A DNA stretch of 63,764 bases, counting the filler, from Bacteroidales bacterium (GTDB taxonomy: Bacteria; Bacteroidota; Bacteroidia; Bacteroidales; CAIWKO01), in NCBI GenBank assembly GCA_035389045.1. It is 3 parts of 3 records of this genome, joined end to end, with 100 filler letters (N's around TTAATTAATTAA, not from the genome) between each part and the next. Parts side by side here need not be neighbours in the genome. Positions count along the whole stretch, not along the records: positions 1 to 24,998 come from DAOORA010000066.1; positions 25,099 to 49,603 come from DAOORA010000067.1; 1 more part is not named here. One strand, 5' to 3'. Under the pieces are notes generated by a model that did no database searches, had not been told where the DNA came from, and was given only the letters and a program-made list of their open reading frames with translations. The translations under genes were made by a program, and so were the position numbers. This document shows, piece by piece, positions 20,188 through 29,379 of this stretch. The stretch's first letter is position 1, and every line of letters begins with the position of its first letter.

Positions 20188-22638
20188 ATGAATATGGATG
20201 ATAATAATAATCAGATAATTCGTATTGCTGAATCGTATGCAAAAGAATCCATGAATGATGCTGTTTATCCTGCACATTTATTAAAAGCTGTGTTACATCA
20301 TGATTTTGGTCTTGTTGAGTTTTTAGAAAAAATGGATAAAGACTATTATTATATTCTGGATTGGGCAGATGCGAGGATTGGCCTGTTAAACAAGACAAAT
20401 ACAGTAAAATCAGATTTGATGCTCAGCGATGAATCTGTTGCTGTCTTCGATGAATCTGATAATTACAGACTTCAGTTCGACAAAGATAATGCAGACCCCT
20501 TATGCATTTTAGCCTCCTTGTGCACGCCCGGGGTGGGCTTCTCTTTCGAGCAGCTGAAAACATTGCCGGTAACACATAGTGAAATCATTGCCAATGTAGC
20601 CATAGCGCCCAAACCGGGCAGGGGAGGCCCTGTAAAAAGTGCGACAGGCGCCAGCGGTTACAAGGCTCTGAATCAATATTGCATTGATAAACTTTCTTTG
20701 GTTGACGAAGGAGATGAAGAAAAGATAATAGGCCTTGAAAAAGACATTTTAACCATAGTCGAGATTCTGGGCCGGAAATCCAAATCAAATGTCTTGATTA
20801 TCGGTGAATCCGGTGTCGGGAAAACGTCATTGATCAAAGGATTTGTGCAAAGGGTAGTGAATGGTAATATCCCGGATTTTTTGAAAAATGCACGGATTTT
20901 TGAGTTGGATTTTGGGGAATTAATAACCGGTGCAAGCTATAAGGGTGAGGTTGAAGACCGGTTTAAAAAAGTAGCTGATGATATCAAAACCTTCGAAAAG
21001 CCAATACTTGTTATTGAATCAATAGAGAATGTTTTTGATAAATATGGCACCTTGTCCGGTCTCTCCGGTATTATCAAACAAGAATTAAACAAAGGCGGGT
21101 TTACCATTATCGGTACATGTACGGTGGCCGGTTATACCAAAAATATTGAAACCGACAGTGATTTTAGGGGCAAATTTGAAAAGATTAAATTCCCGGAGCC
21201 CTCTGAAGACCAGTCGTTCAGGATAATCAGCGAGATCATGCCTGCCTATGAAAAACATCATGGTGTTAAAGCCGGTGAAAATGTAATTTATGAAGCCATA
21301 AGGCTTTCAAAACGGTATCTGAACGAGCGGGCCCAGCCTTCTTCAGCCATTGATCTGCTCGACAGGGCCATGTCACTGGTAAATACCATGAATAAAATCT
21401 CATCTGATGAAATTAAAAAGCTGATTGAACAATGCGATGATCTATCAAAAAAATCAAAAAGTCGCGATGAAAAGCAGTTGATAAAAAAAATTGACTGGCT
21501 TTACCAGGAAGTATACGACAGGATCAGTCGTTCACTAATTTCACGGGTGGAAGACGGGAGCGATTTTTCTGACATCAAAAATCCGGACGATAAACTCAGT
21601 TACATAAAAAACCTGCTGGATAAACTGACGAAGATAAGCACAGAGAAAAAAGAGGTAATTGATGAGTATGATTTGACAATCATCATATCTCAGTTGTCGG
21701 GAATACCTTTAGGGAAAATAAGTTCAAAAGAAAGAGACAAGCTGATCAACGCCGAAGATTTTCTTAAGAAAAGAGTATGTGGTCAGAATCATGCCATTAA
21801 GACTATTGTGGAAGCGATTTATGAAGCCAGGTCTGGCCTTGGTAAAAAAGGCCAGCCTATCGGATCCTTCTTTTTTCTTGGACCCACGGGTACCGGTAAA
21901 ACGGAACTTGCGAAAACGCTGGCGGAATTTCTTTTCCAGGATGAATCCAGCATGATACGGTTTGATATGTCGGAATTCAAAGAAGAACATTCTGCAGCGC
22001 TGCTGATCGGTGCTCCTCCGGGGTATGTTGGTTACGAAGAGGGCGGGCTGCTGGTTAACAAGATCAGGCAAAAACCATATTCGGTGGTTCTTTTTGATGA
22101 AATTGAAAAAGCACATCCTTCGGTATTTGATATTTTCCTTCAGATTCTTGATGAAGGCAAACTTCATGATAAATTAGCACGTGAAGGCGATTTTTCAAAT
22201 GCCCTGGTTTTATTTACTTCCAATATTGGAAGTGATTTCATATTCAAATCATTTGAAGAAAATATTATTCCCGATTCAGCAAAACTGAATGAGATCATGT
22301 CGGGACGTTTCAGACCGGAGTTTCTTGGACGTTTAACAGAGATCATACCCTTCGGACCGATCACGGAAGAAATTGTTGTTAAGATATTCGAGATCCATTA
22401 CCGGAAACTTCTTGCGACAGTCAATGAAATGGGCATAGATCTGATAATTAACGAGGAGACAAAAACGGCGCTGGCCAATTCCGGTTTTTCCAGGCAACTT
22501 GGCGCCAGGCCTATTATTGGAGTCATAAGAAACAGCCTAAGACGGCCATTATCAAAACTGTTAATTTCGGGCAAGATCGCTAAAGGCTCGAAAATTGAGT
22601 TGAAATTGGAAGACAATGAATATAAATGGATTTATTGA
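20188..22638 (+). CDS. tssH: Clp/Hsp100 AAA+ ATPase of the Bacteroidota T6SS type (TssH/ClpV-like)
   Basis: N-domain HLLKAVLH...KDYYYILDWADARI; Walker A GESGVGKT and GPTGTGKT; RFDMSEFKEEHS, VVLFDEIEKAH; lies beside a tssF-like gene. Confidence 0.75.
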   Translation: MNMDDNNNQIIRIAESYAKESMNDAVYPAHLLKAVLHHDFGLVEFLEKMDKDYYYILDWADARIGLLNKTNTVKSDLMLSDESVAVFDESDNYRLQFDKDNADPLCILASLCTPGVGFSFEQLKTLPVTHSEIIANVAIAPKPGRGGPVKSATGASGYKALNQYCIDKLSLVDEGDEEKIIGLEKDILTIVEILGRKSKSNVLIIGESGVGKTSLIKGFVQRVVNGNIPDFLKNARIFELDFGELITGASYKGEVEDRFKKVADDIKTFEKPILVIESIENVFDKYGTLSGLSGIIKQELNKGGFTIIGTCTVAGYTKNIETDSDFRGKFEKIKFPEPSEDQSFRIISEIMPAYEKHHGVKAGENVIYEAIRLSKRYLNERAQPSSAIDLLDRAMSLVNTMNKISSDEIKKLIEQCDDLSKKSKSRDEKQLIKKIDWLYQEVYDRISRSLISRVEDGSDFSDIKNPDDKLSYIKNLLDKLTKISTEKKEVIDEYDLTIIISQLSGIPLGKISSKERDKLINAEDFLKKRVCGQNHAIKTIVEAIYEARSGLGKKGQPIGSFFFLGPTGTGKTELAKTLAEFLFQDESSMIRFDMSEFKEEHSAALLIGAPPGYVGYEEGGLLVNKIRQKPYSVVLFDEIEKAHPSVFDIFLQILDEGKLHDKLAREGDFSNALVLFTSNIGSDFIFKSFEENIIPDSAKLNEIMSGRFRPEFLGRLTEIIPFGPITEEIVVKIFEIHYRKLLATVNEMGIDLIINEETKTALANSGFSRQLGARPIIGVIRNSLRRPLSKLLISGKIAKGSKIELKLEDNEYKWIY

Positions 22639-22667
22639 CCCAAATCAGAATTAAAAGTATCTGCCGC

Positions 22668-23375
22668 CTAAAAAATTGACGGATAAATCTTCAATTGCGG
22701 AATACCGTCAATTGATGAAGTCTTTAGATTATTCCACAACATGATATCTTTTTCCTCAACAAAATATTTAATAGCTATGGATAGTAGTGTTTCTCCATCC
22801 TTAACTTCGTGGTAAAAAAACTCATCGGGAAAATCTTTTAATAGTTCACCGTCATCGGGTGTGTAATTTTCAGCATACTGAGGTATTTCAGAACACGGTA
22901 TCAATCTTCTGGCACCGGCATACGATACATTGAATAACTTATCATTGAAATCAATGATACATATCTCACCTTTTGAAGAAGAAGCATTTATAAACTTGAA
23001 ACTTCTGTTTGAACAATCTGTAAGGGCTATTCCTACATGCCCGACTACCCGGTCAAGTTCCTGGGCGATAAAAAAGACAAGGTCGCCCCGCCGGATGTTT
23101 ATAAAAGCAACCCGTTGTCCTGAATTATATTGAAATTGCTCTCTGGCAGTACGCGGTATCTCCATGTTGATATCCCTGAAAACAGCCTGTGTAAAACCGG
23201 AACAATCATAAGTAAAAGGACCTGTGGCGCCCCAAACATATTTAAGACCTAATTTGCTTTCAGCGCTTTTAATAAGGATGTTTATTTTTTCACAATTATT
23301 ATCGGTCTGAAATGATTGACCATACAAGGAAAAAATGAAAAAATAAAAAAGCAGGGCCAGCATATTTTTTTTCAT
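22668..23375 (-). CDS. NlpC/P60 (C40) peptidoglycan endopeptidase with C-terminal LysM
   Basis: Signal peptide; YVWGATGP...DCSGF, IPRTAREQ, GDLVFF, HVGI; LysM YHEVKDGETLLSIAIKY...WNNL. Confidence 0.85.
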   Translation of the reverse strand: MKKNMLALLFYFFIFSLYGQSFQTDNNCEKINILIKSAESKLGLKYVWGATGPFTYDCSGFTQAVFRDINMEIPRTAREQFQYNSGQRVAFINIRRGDLVFFIAQELDRVVGHVGIALTDCSNRSFKFINASSSKGEICIIDFNDKLFNVSYAGARRLIPCSEIPQYAENYTPDDGELLKDFPDEFFYHEVKDGETLLSIAIKYFVEEKDIMLWNNLKTSSIDGIPQLKIYPSIF

Positions 23376-23387
23376 TTTTTTGCAAAA

Positions 23388-24965
23388 TTATATTACCCTG
23401 ACCTGAAATGGAAACAAATTCGCTGAACGTATCTCTATCATTTTTTTCAGCTGATTTTCAATACGGCTGAATACATCTCTGTTTACGTTACCCTGTGCTT
23501 TATTCAGGCGAATCTCGATAAGAACATATCTCAACTTTTCCTGTGATGAAAATTCAAATTCATTCCGGATATCAATTTTTTCTATGATTTCTTTGCTGAT
23601 TGAAAAACTTACTGCTAATTCTTTATAGCAAAAAGATCTGATATCAGCTTTGGTTACTAATCTGTCCTTAGTCAAAAAATAATACTGTGCAATACGGTTT
23701 TTTATTTCATTGTTCATTTCCATATCATTACCACCGGCGGTTTCCATAAGCAAGCGTGTTGCTTTTACGTCAAACTGAATATCCGTCTGTACCACAGAGT
23801 TTGGATTTATCCCATTGGCGAGCGCACCATCGGTCAGCAAATAGCTTACATTAATAGTTTTATTAAATTCAGACAGTGTGTCGCTTTGGTTCAGGATGAG
23901 ATACATACCATAGCCGGAATTTTCCTGTTTTTTTAACTCGTCAGCAACCTCTTTTAAAGCGAGATATATATTTTTGATTTTCTCCCCGTCCTTCAATTCG
24001 TTGTTGGTCATAAAGGCATAATAATCCGAGGAGAACTTATTTAAAACAGAATTTATCTGCAGGAGCAGTTCATTTTTATTAAAACGCTCCATACCAAAAC
24101 GTCTTAAGGTAAAATCATTTCGCTCGTAATCGGGCGGTGAGGGCGAAAGCAAATTCAGAAATTGTTTCTGTTCCGTTGATTCCTGTTTTAGTTCTCCGCC
24201 ATTTTTTATCCGGACGATATTTTTTTCTGTTGCGATTTTCCTGATCGGGTCCTCGTGTGACAACGTTACGGATTGTTTTTCAACATTTACTATTGGTACA
24301 CAATTAATTAGCACATCTTTCGAATCAAAACTAAAGTTTGGGTCCAAAGTTGTGAATTCAAAAATCATTTCAATAGTATTGCCGGATCCTGAACTTATTT
24401 TTTGTGAATCATAATTGTCAACTATAAAATACGGAAGATTGTTTACGGCAAAAATATCCATCCAAAACTCTTTATTTCCGTAAATCACAGACTGATCAAA
24501 TAACATATTTTCTGTATCAAACCATTCCGTAAAAGGAAGATTTGCGTAATCGCCGGGCTTAATAAGCGGAAGGGATTTGTCATTTATTGAAATGGACAGG
24601 TCAGTAAACCTTTTTGTAGTGAAATAGAAAGAAACCCCGCTTAAATCATTTATATGTTCATTGCATTCCATCGTTACTTTAAACAGGTTTTCGTACATTT
24701 TGTGAACCGAAGATATATGAGCTTTAATAATTTTTGTTTTTAATAAGGGTACAAACTGAAAACGCTCATTTTCCTTACCTCCGGTTCTCCCTCTTTCTTT
24801 TTCCTTTTCTAATATGAATGGCGTTTCGGCGCTTGTAAAACATTCATTTTCGATACTTTCTTCTTTGGCTGTTTGAACGATTGAAAATGCAGGTTTAGGT
24901 TTAATTAAATAATACGGAATTATTTTTTCTGTAAATTCTTCTAATACCTTAAATCCGCAAGAAAG
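23388..24965 (-). pseudogene. tssF: T6SS baseplate TssF-like gene, 5' end interrupted
   Basis: INCVPIVN, LRRFGMERFN, YLLTDGALAN, AGG, LTKDRLVTKADIRSFCYKEL resemble Bacteroidota TssF. The frame stays open 89 codons upstream of ATG 24698 (KVLEEFTEKIIPYYLIKPKPAFSIVQ...) with no start codon until an in-frame TAA at 24968-24966. Confidence 0.65.
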
Positions 24966-24998
24966 TTATCAACAAAATGAAGCAAAGTACTGTGTATA

Positions 24999-25098
24999 NN
25001 NNNNNNNNNNNNNNNNNNNNNNNNNNNNNNNNNNNNNNNNNNTTAATTAATTAANNNNNNNNNNNNNNNNNNNNNNNNNNNNNNNNNNNNNNNNNNNN
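24999..25098. other. Artificial contig-joining spacer
   Basis: 44 N + TTAATTAATTAA (stops in all frames) + 44 N. Confidence 0.98.
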
Positions 25099-25249
25099 TA
25101 AAACTCATGTTTTCAGCAAGATAGACTTCTGAGGTGTCAAACTCAAGAAAAACCTGTTGATGATGAGCTCGGGGAGTTTTGACGGGCTGGATTTGAAAAC
25201 TTTATCTGAAGAACTTGGAATAGATTAATACATCGGCTGTTTCAAAGTA

Positions 25250-25433
25250 GTTGTGCGAAGTTTGCAACTTCGCACTTGATAAATTGTAGTTTGCAACTAC
25301 TTTACAAAGAATGTCAAATAATATGCTTGAGACTGATCGTAAATTTTATATTTGAATCTCATAGTTCAAAAATAATATTTTGTTAGTCAGAGACTAACTT
25401 TTATTTGGTGCGAAGTTGCAAACTTCGCACAAC
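25250..25433. repeat. REPIN-like inverted pair of palindromes (second REP family)
   Basis: GTTGTGCGAAGTT-TGC-AACTTCGCAC at 25250-25275 and its exact reverse complement at 25408-25433; internal mini-hairpins GTAGTT-TGC-AACTAC (25286-25300) and GTTAGTC-AGA-GACTAAC (25382-25398). Confidence 0.8.
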
Positions 25434-25435
25434 GG

Positions 25436-26023
25436 TTATAATTTACTATTAAGTTTAAATTTAAAACCTATGTTTATGCTTATGTCACTTAAAAACTCAT
25501 GTTCGTAATAAAAAATTCCACCTGGAGAATGATGTGAAAGTTTGTATATTGGTGTCAGATCTCTGTCATATTGCAGTTTAAAAAATAAAGAATACGTATC
25601 GTTAAGTCTAAACCGAAATCCTATATCAGCAAACGCACCAAATTGAAAATGCAAATGATTATCATAAAATTCAGGTGTTTCAAAAAGAAGTGATTGTCCA
25701 TAAATCCCAGAACCAAAGAAAAACTGATTCTTTTTTCCTATAAGAAAATCTATTCCAACAGGCAATTTAAGAAAATTAACTGTCGAACCATACGAATATA
25801 TTGTTTGAAATGCCAAACCTGAATTAAAACCAAATATTGGTTTGTCAGGTTTGATATCCACAACAAAAGAAATTGAATTTCCATTAATCGCTCCTGAATA
25901 TCCTCCCTCAGTACGAATCCAAATTCTTCCATATCCAGCCACCATAGCCCCAATATGAATTGTCTGTGAAAAAACAGATTTAGTACAAATGATAAAAATG
26001 AATAATATTAGATGTTTCTTCAT
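25436..26023 (-). CDS. Small outer-membrane beta-barrel protein
   Basis: Signal peptide, alternating beta-strand pattern, FLKLPV motif, C-terminal ISINIGFKFKL. Confidence 0.65.
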   Translation of the reverse strand: MKKHLILFIFIICTKSVFSQTIHIGAMVAGYGRIWIRTEGGYSGAINGNSISFVVDIKPDKPIFGFNSGLAFQTIYSYGSTVNFLKLPVGIDFLIGKKNQFFFGSGIYGQSLLFETPEFYDNHLHFQFGAFADIGFRFRLNDTYSLFFKLQYDRDLTPIYKLSHHSPGGIFYYEHEFLSDISINIGFKFKLNSKL

Positions 26024-26186
26024 TTAGTTGCAATAGACTATAACTGTCCTGTTCCGAAACCCTTTAATAATTTCAAAAATACAAATTTCTTTTATAGAAC
26101 CTAAAAAACAGGTGTTTTTTTCGGAGGATTTACTGAGTTTTACCCATCCGGACTTAAAAAAGTTGCACGGAAAACACCGGTATCAT

Positions 26187-26534
26187 TTAATACATCAGGT
26201 GTTTCTTCGAATTATTTCTCCACCCAGCATCGTACTTGCTGTCCGTGAAATAAATGATCAGGTCGGCATCGTACTTGCTGTCCACAAAGTATATTTTCTT
26301 TTTAGCGTCGTATTTACTGTCCGCAAAAAACCATAAGCCTTCGTTACCATCGGCATCGTACTGGCTTGTACATTTGTACACCACCAGGTCGGCATCGTAT
26401 TTACTGTCGGCCACATACACTTTAACATCTGCATCATATTTGCTGTCGCAGGAATACACCTTTTGTGCAGCCAGTTGCCTGTTTGAACAGATAATGGCTG
26501 AAAAAACCATCAAAAGTGTTATTAACTTTTTCAT
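26187..26534 (-). CDS. Small exported repeat protein (DUF6150-like)
   Basis: Signal peptide, then repeated DSKYDA(D) units ending DSKYDAGWRN; -7 box TAACTTTG at 26554-26561. Confidence 0.75.
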   Translation of the reverse strand: MKKLITLLMVFSAIICSNRQLAAQKVYSCDSKYDADVKVYVADSKYDADLVVYKCTSQYDADGNEGLWFFADSKYDAKKKIYFVDSKYDADLIIYFTDSKYDAGWRNNSKKHLMY

Positions 26535-26579
26535 ATTCAAATTTTTAATCAGACAAAGTTAGCAAAAATTATTCCGAAA

Positions 26580-27290
26580 CTAACCATTCGGGTAAAAATC
26601 GCAGGTAAGCCTGATAAACGAATCTGAAAGAGTACCATCCTGATTTTTCATGATCAGGTTTTGAGTTTCAATATGTTCCGGGATTTTGCGTGTAGTGCAA
26701 ACAATGCTACGGTGCGGCCGGGTGCCGGGTTTATCGGAAATATCTGCATTTTTTTTACAGTATAATCCGGAATTCAAAAAGATTTTCAGGAATTTATTTT
26801 TTTCAGAAGCCGGGATGATCGTCCAGAGCGATCCGTTGTCAGAAAGCAATTGGCAAACACAACGGCTCAATGCTTCAAAGCCGAGGCTGCTGTTGTGCCT
26901 GGCCGCACTTTTCGTTTGCACGGGACTTTTTAGCTGATCCTGGAAATATGGCGGGTTGCAGATAATGCAATCGTATTTTTTTGAACATTTTTTTGCATAA
27001 TCCTGAATTGAAATATGATGAACCTGTATGCGTTCATTCCATATGCTTCGCCTGAAATTCTGCGAAGCCTGCCGGGCAGCGGATTCATCTATCTCCACGG
27101 CATCGATCAGTGCGCTGCTTTTTTGTGCCATCAACAATGACAGTATTCCGCAACCGGTTCCGATATCCAGTATAGCTGCCGATGCTCCGGGTTCTGCCAG
27201 GGAGCCGAGCAAAACCGCGTCGGTGGTAAGTTTCATGGCGCAGTGTTCGTCGGTAAGGCTGAACTGTTTGAAACGGAAATCCGGTTTCAT
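26580..27290 (-). CDS. trmN6: tRNA1(Val) A37 N6-methyltransferase
   Basis: FRFKQF, MKLTTDAVLLG, LDIGTGCG, ICNPPYF. Confidence 0.85.
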   Translation of the reverse strand: MKPDFRFKQFSLTDEHCAMKLTTDAVLLGSLAEPGASAAILDIGTGCGILSLLMAQKSSALIDAVEIDESAARQASQNFRRSIWNERIQVHHISIQDYAKKCSKKYDCIICNPPYFQDQLKSPVQTKSAARHNSSLGFEALSRCVCQLLSDNGSLWTIIPASEKNKFLKIFLNSGLYCKKNADISDKPGTRPHRSIVCTTRKIPEHIETQNLIMKNQDGTLSDSFIRLTCDFYPNG

Positions 27291-27811
27291 TTAAGATAAA
27301 AATCGATCAGGCCGCCGGGCGCCTGAATAAATACTGTTTTGCTGACTGCATCAATTTGCTCAACAATTTTTTCATTGAAAGGGATCAGAACCTCTTTCTT
27401 GCCGCAGAAAACCTGCATGATCAGTTGTTGCGGGAGTTCTAATATTTGATGTATCTTTCCTACTTTACCAAAGTTTTTATCAATGAGTTCAAAACCGGTA
27501 AGGTCCTCTAATCCGACGGTACGGGATTTTTTGTTTTTTTCCGGTTCGGCGATATACAGTCTGCTGCCGGTAAGTTTTCGTGCTTTTTCCAAGCTGTCGA
27601 TATCTTCGAGTAACATAGAAAAATTATTGTTGCATTGTTCTTCGGCAACCATAATAAAAAACGGAACCCGTTCGTGCTGTATTTCAACAAAAACGAATTC
27701 CGTTTCAAGGAATTTTTTGGAAAAGCTGCTTTCAATATGAGCTATGAGCCCACCTTTGAACCCGAAAGTCTTGACTATTTTGCCTACACAGGAAAACGGA
27801 GTTTTTTCCAT
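27287..27811 (-). CDS. rimM: 16S rRNA processing protein RimM
   Basis: VGKIVKTFGFKG, KEVLIPF, PGGLIDFY; downstream of rpsP. Confidence 0.9.
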   Translation of the reverse strand: MEKTPFSCVGKIVKTFGFKGGLIAHIESSFSKKFLETEFVFVEIQHERVPFFIMVAEEQCNNNFSMLLEDIDSLEKARKLTGSRLYIAEPEKNKKSRTVGLEDLTGFELIDKNFGKVGKIHQILELPQQLIMQVFCGKKEVLIPFNEKIVEQIDAVSKTVFIQAPGGLIDFYLK

Positions 27812-27829
27812 GGCAGGGGGTATGAACTT

Positions 27830-28393
27830 TTATTCGGCTTGGGGTTCAGTTTCGGCAGGATTTTCTGCCGGTGGCTCGGCGTTTTCGTCCTGAGCTACGA
27901 TGATACCGGCAGCTTCATGTTCTTTTTCCAGGAGTTTTGCTCTTTTCTTTGCAATAGCCTCTGATTTGGCGAGGTTTACCTTAGCTTCAGCTTCGAGACG
28001 TTTTTTGACTTCATCTTTTTTGCCGAGGAGGTGTTTGTTTTTCTTGTTCTCAACCTTGGCTTGTTTTTCCTGAAGCCAGGCCTGAAATTTTGCTTCGGCC
28101 ATTTCTTCTGTCATGGCGCCTTTGGCAACGCCTTTCAGGAGGTGGTTTTTGTAAAGCACGCCTTTGTACATCAGTATGGCTTTGGCGGTGTCAGAGGGAG
28201 TCGCTCCTTTGCGTAGCCATGAAATGGCTTTGTCGAAATCAATCTGGATCTCGGCGGGAATTGTAAGAGGGTTGTAAGTGCCAATGCTTTCGATGAATTT
28301 TCCATCACGTGGTGCACGACCATCCGCAATTACAATATGGTAATAAGGCTGGCCTTTTTTACCATGACGTTGTAATCTTATTCTTGCTGGCAT
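27830..28393 (-). CDS. rpsP: 30S ribosomal protein S16 (Bacteroidota long form)
   Basis: RIRLQRHGKKGQPYYHIVIADGRAPRDGKFIESIGTYNP. Confidence 0.97.
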   Translation of the reverse strand: MPARIRLQRHGKKGQPYYHIVIADGRAPRDGKFIESIGTYNPLTIPAEIQIDFDKAISWLRKGATPSDTAKAILMYKGVLYKNHLLKGVAKGAMTEEMAEAKFQAWLQEKQAKVENKKNKHLLGKKDEVKKRLEAEAKVNLAKSEAIAKKRAKLLEKEHEAAGIIVAQDENAEPPAENPAETEPQAE

Positions 28394-28567
28394 AAATTTA
28401 AACTGTTAGTTGTTAATTGATTATTATTATTTAAATTGGGGTGCAAAGGTGCAACTTTTTTTTGATTTACAGAAATTTATTTTAAATTTTGTTTTATCAC
28501 AGATTTAACTATCAAGGTTCAATGTTCATTCAAGGGAGACATTCGTGGAGAGCGTTCATTGGGTAAA

Positions 28568-29377
28568 TCACATTTCTTTTTTGTCTCTTGAGCATCCGTT
28601 GCGTTTATATCCTTTCATGATCCCCCTTTTGGAGTTCTGGATAAAGGTGATGATTTCATCGCGTTCGGGAGTGGCGGGAATTTCCGCTTCGATATATTCC
28701 AGCGCCTGGGTGACGTTGTATTTTTTGACAAAAATAATACGGTAAATATCCTGTATCTCATTGATCTTTTCGGAGGAGAACCCCCTGCGGCGCAAGCCGA
28801 TAGAATTGATGCCCGCATAAGCCAGAGGTTCGCGTGCGGCTTTGCAATAAGGGGGGACATCTTTGCCAACCAGTGAACCGCCCGAGATGAGTGAATGAGC
28901 GCCGATGCTCACAAACTGATGTATGGCGACCATTCCGCCAACGATAGCCCAGTCGTCAATTTTTATATGTCCTGCCAGCCCTGCAGAGTTGGCCAGGATA
29001 ACATTATTGCCAATGATGCAGTCATGTGCAACATGTGCATAAGCCATGATAAGGCAATTGTCGCCGATTACGGTTTCGTTGTTTGCTTTTGTCCCCTTGT
29101 TAATGGTCACAAACTCCCGTATGGTAACATTGTTGCCTATTTTAACAATGGTGTCTTCCCCGGCATATTTCATGTCTTGCGGGATGGCCGAAATTACGGC
29201 TCCGGGAAATATCTTGCAGTTTTTTCCTATTCTGGCGCCTTCCAGTATGGTAGCATTAGGACCTATCCATGTACCTTCGCTGATTTCCACATTCTTATCG
29301 ATGGTAACGAAAGGTTCAATCACCACATTTTTGGCAATTTTTGCCTGTGGATGAACGAATGCTAAGGGTTGGTTCAT
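28568..29377 (-). CDS. lpxA: UDP-N-acetylglucosamine O-acyltransferase
   Basis: Hexapeptide repeats, PQDMKY, HVAHDC, HQFVSIG, GINSIGLRRRGF. Confidence 0.95.
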   Translation of the reverse strand: MNQPLAFVHPQAKIAKNVVIEPFVTIDKNVEISEGTWIGPNATILEGARIGKNCKIFPGAVISAIPQDMKYAGEDTIVKIGNNVTIREFVTINKGTKANNETVIGDNCLIMAYAHVAHDCIIGNNVILANSAGLAGHIKIDDWAIVGGMVAIHQFVSIGAHSLISGGSLVGKDVPPYCKAAREPLAYAGINSIGLRRRGFSSEKINEIQDIYRIIFVKKYNVTQALEYIEAEIPATPERDEIITFIQNSKRGIMKGYKRNGCSRDKKEM

Positions 29378-29379
29378 GG

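Noticed and set aside
20188..22638. Housekeeping ClpB/ClpC
   Set aside because: Degenerate NBD1 motifs, a TssH-like N-domain and the tssF-like neighbour favour a T6SS-type ATPase
24999..25098. TTAATTAATTAA palindrome within N runs (also 49604-49703)
   Set aside because: Identical synthetic linker joining contigs; no linkage can be inferred across it
25099..25228. Possible gene tail at the start of contig 2
   Set aside because: All three plus-strand frames hit stops and nothing recognisable is encoded
27830..28393. Long charged C-terminal extension on S16
   Set aside because: Normal for Bacteroidota S16
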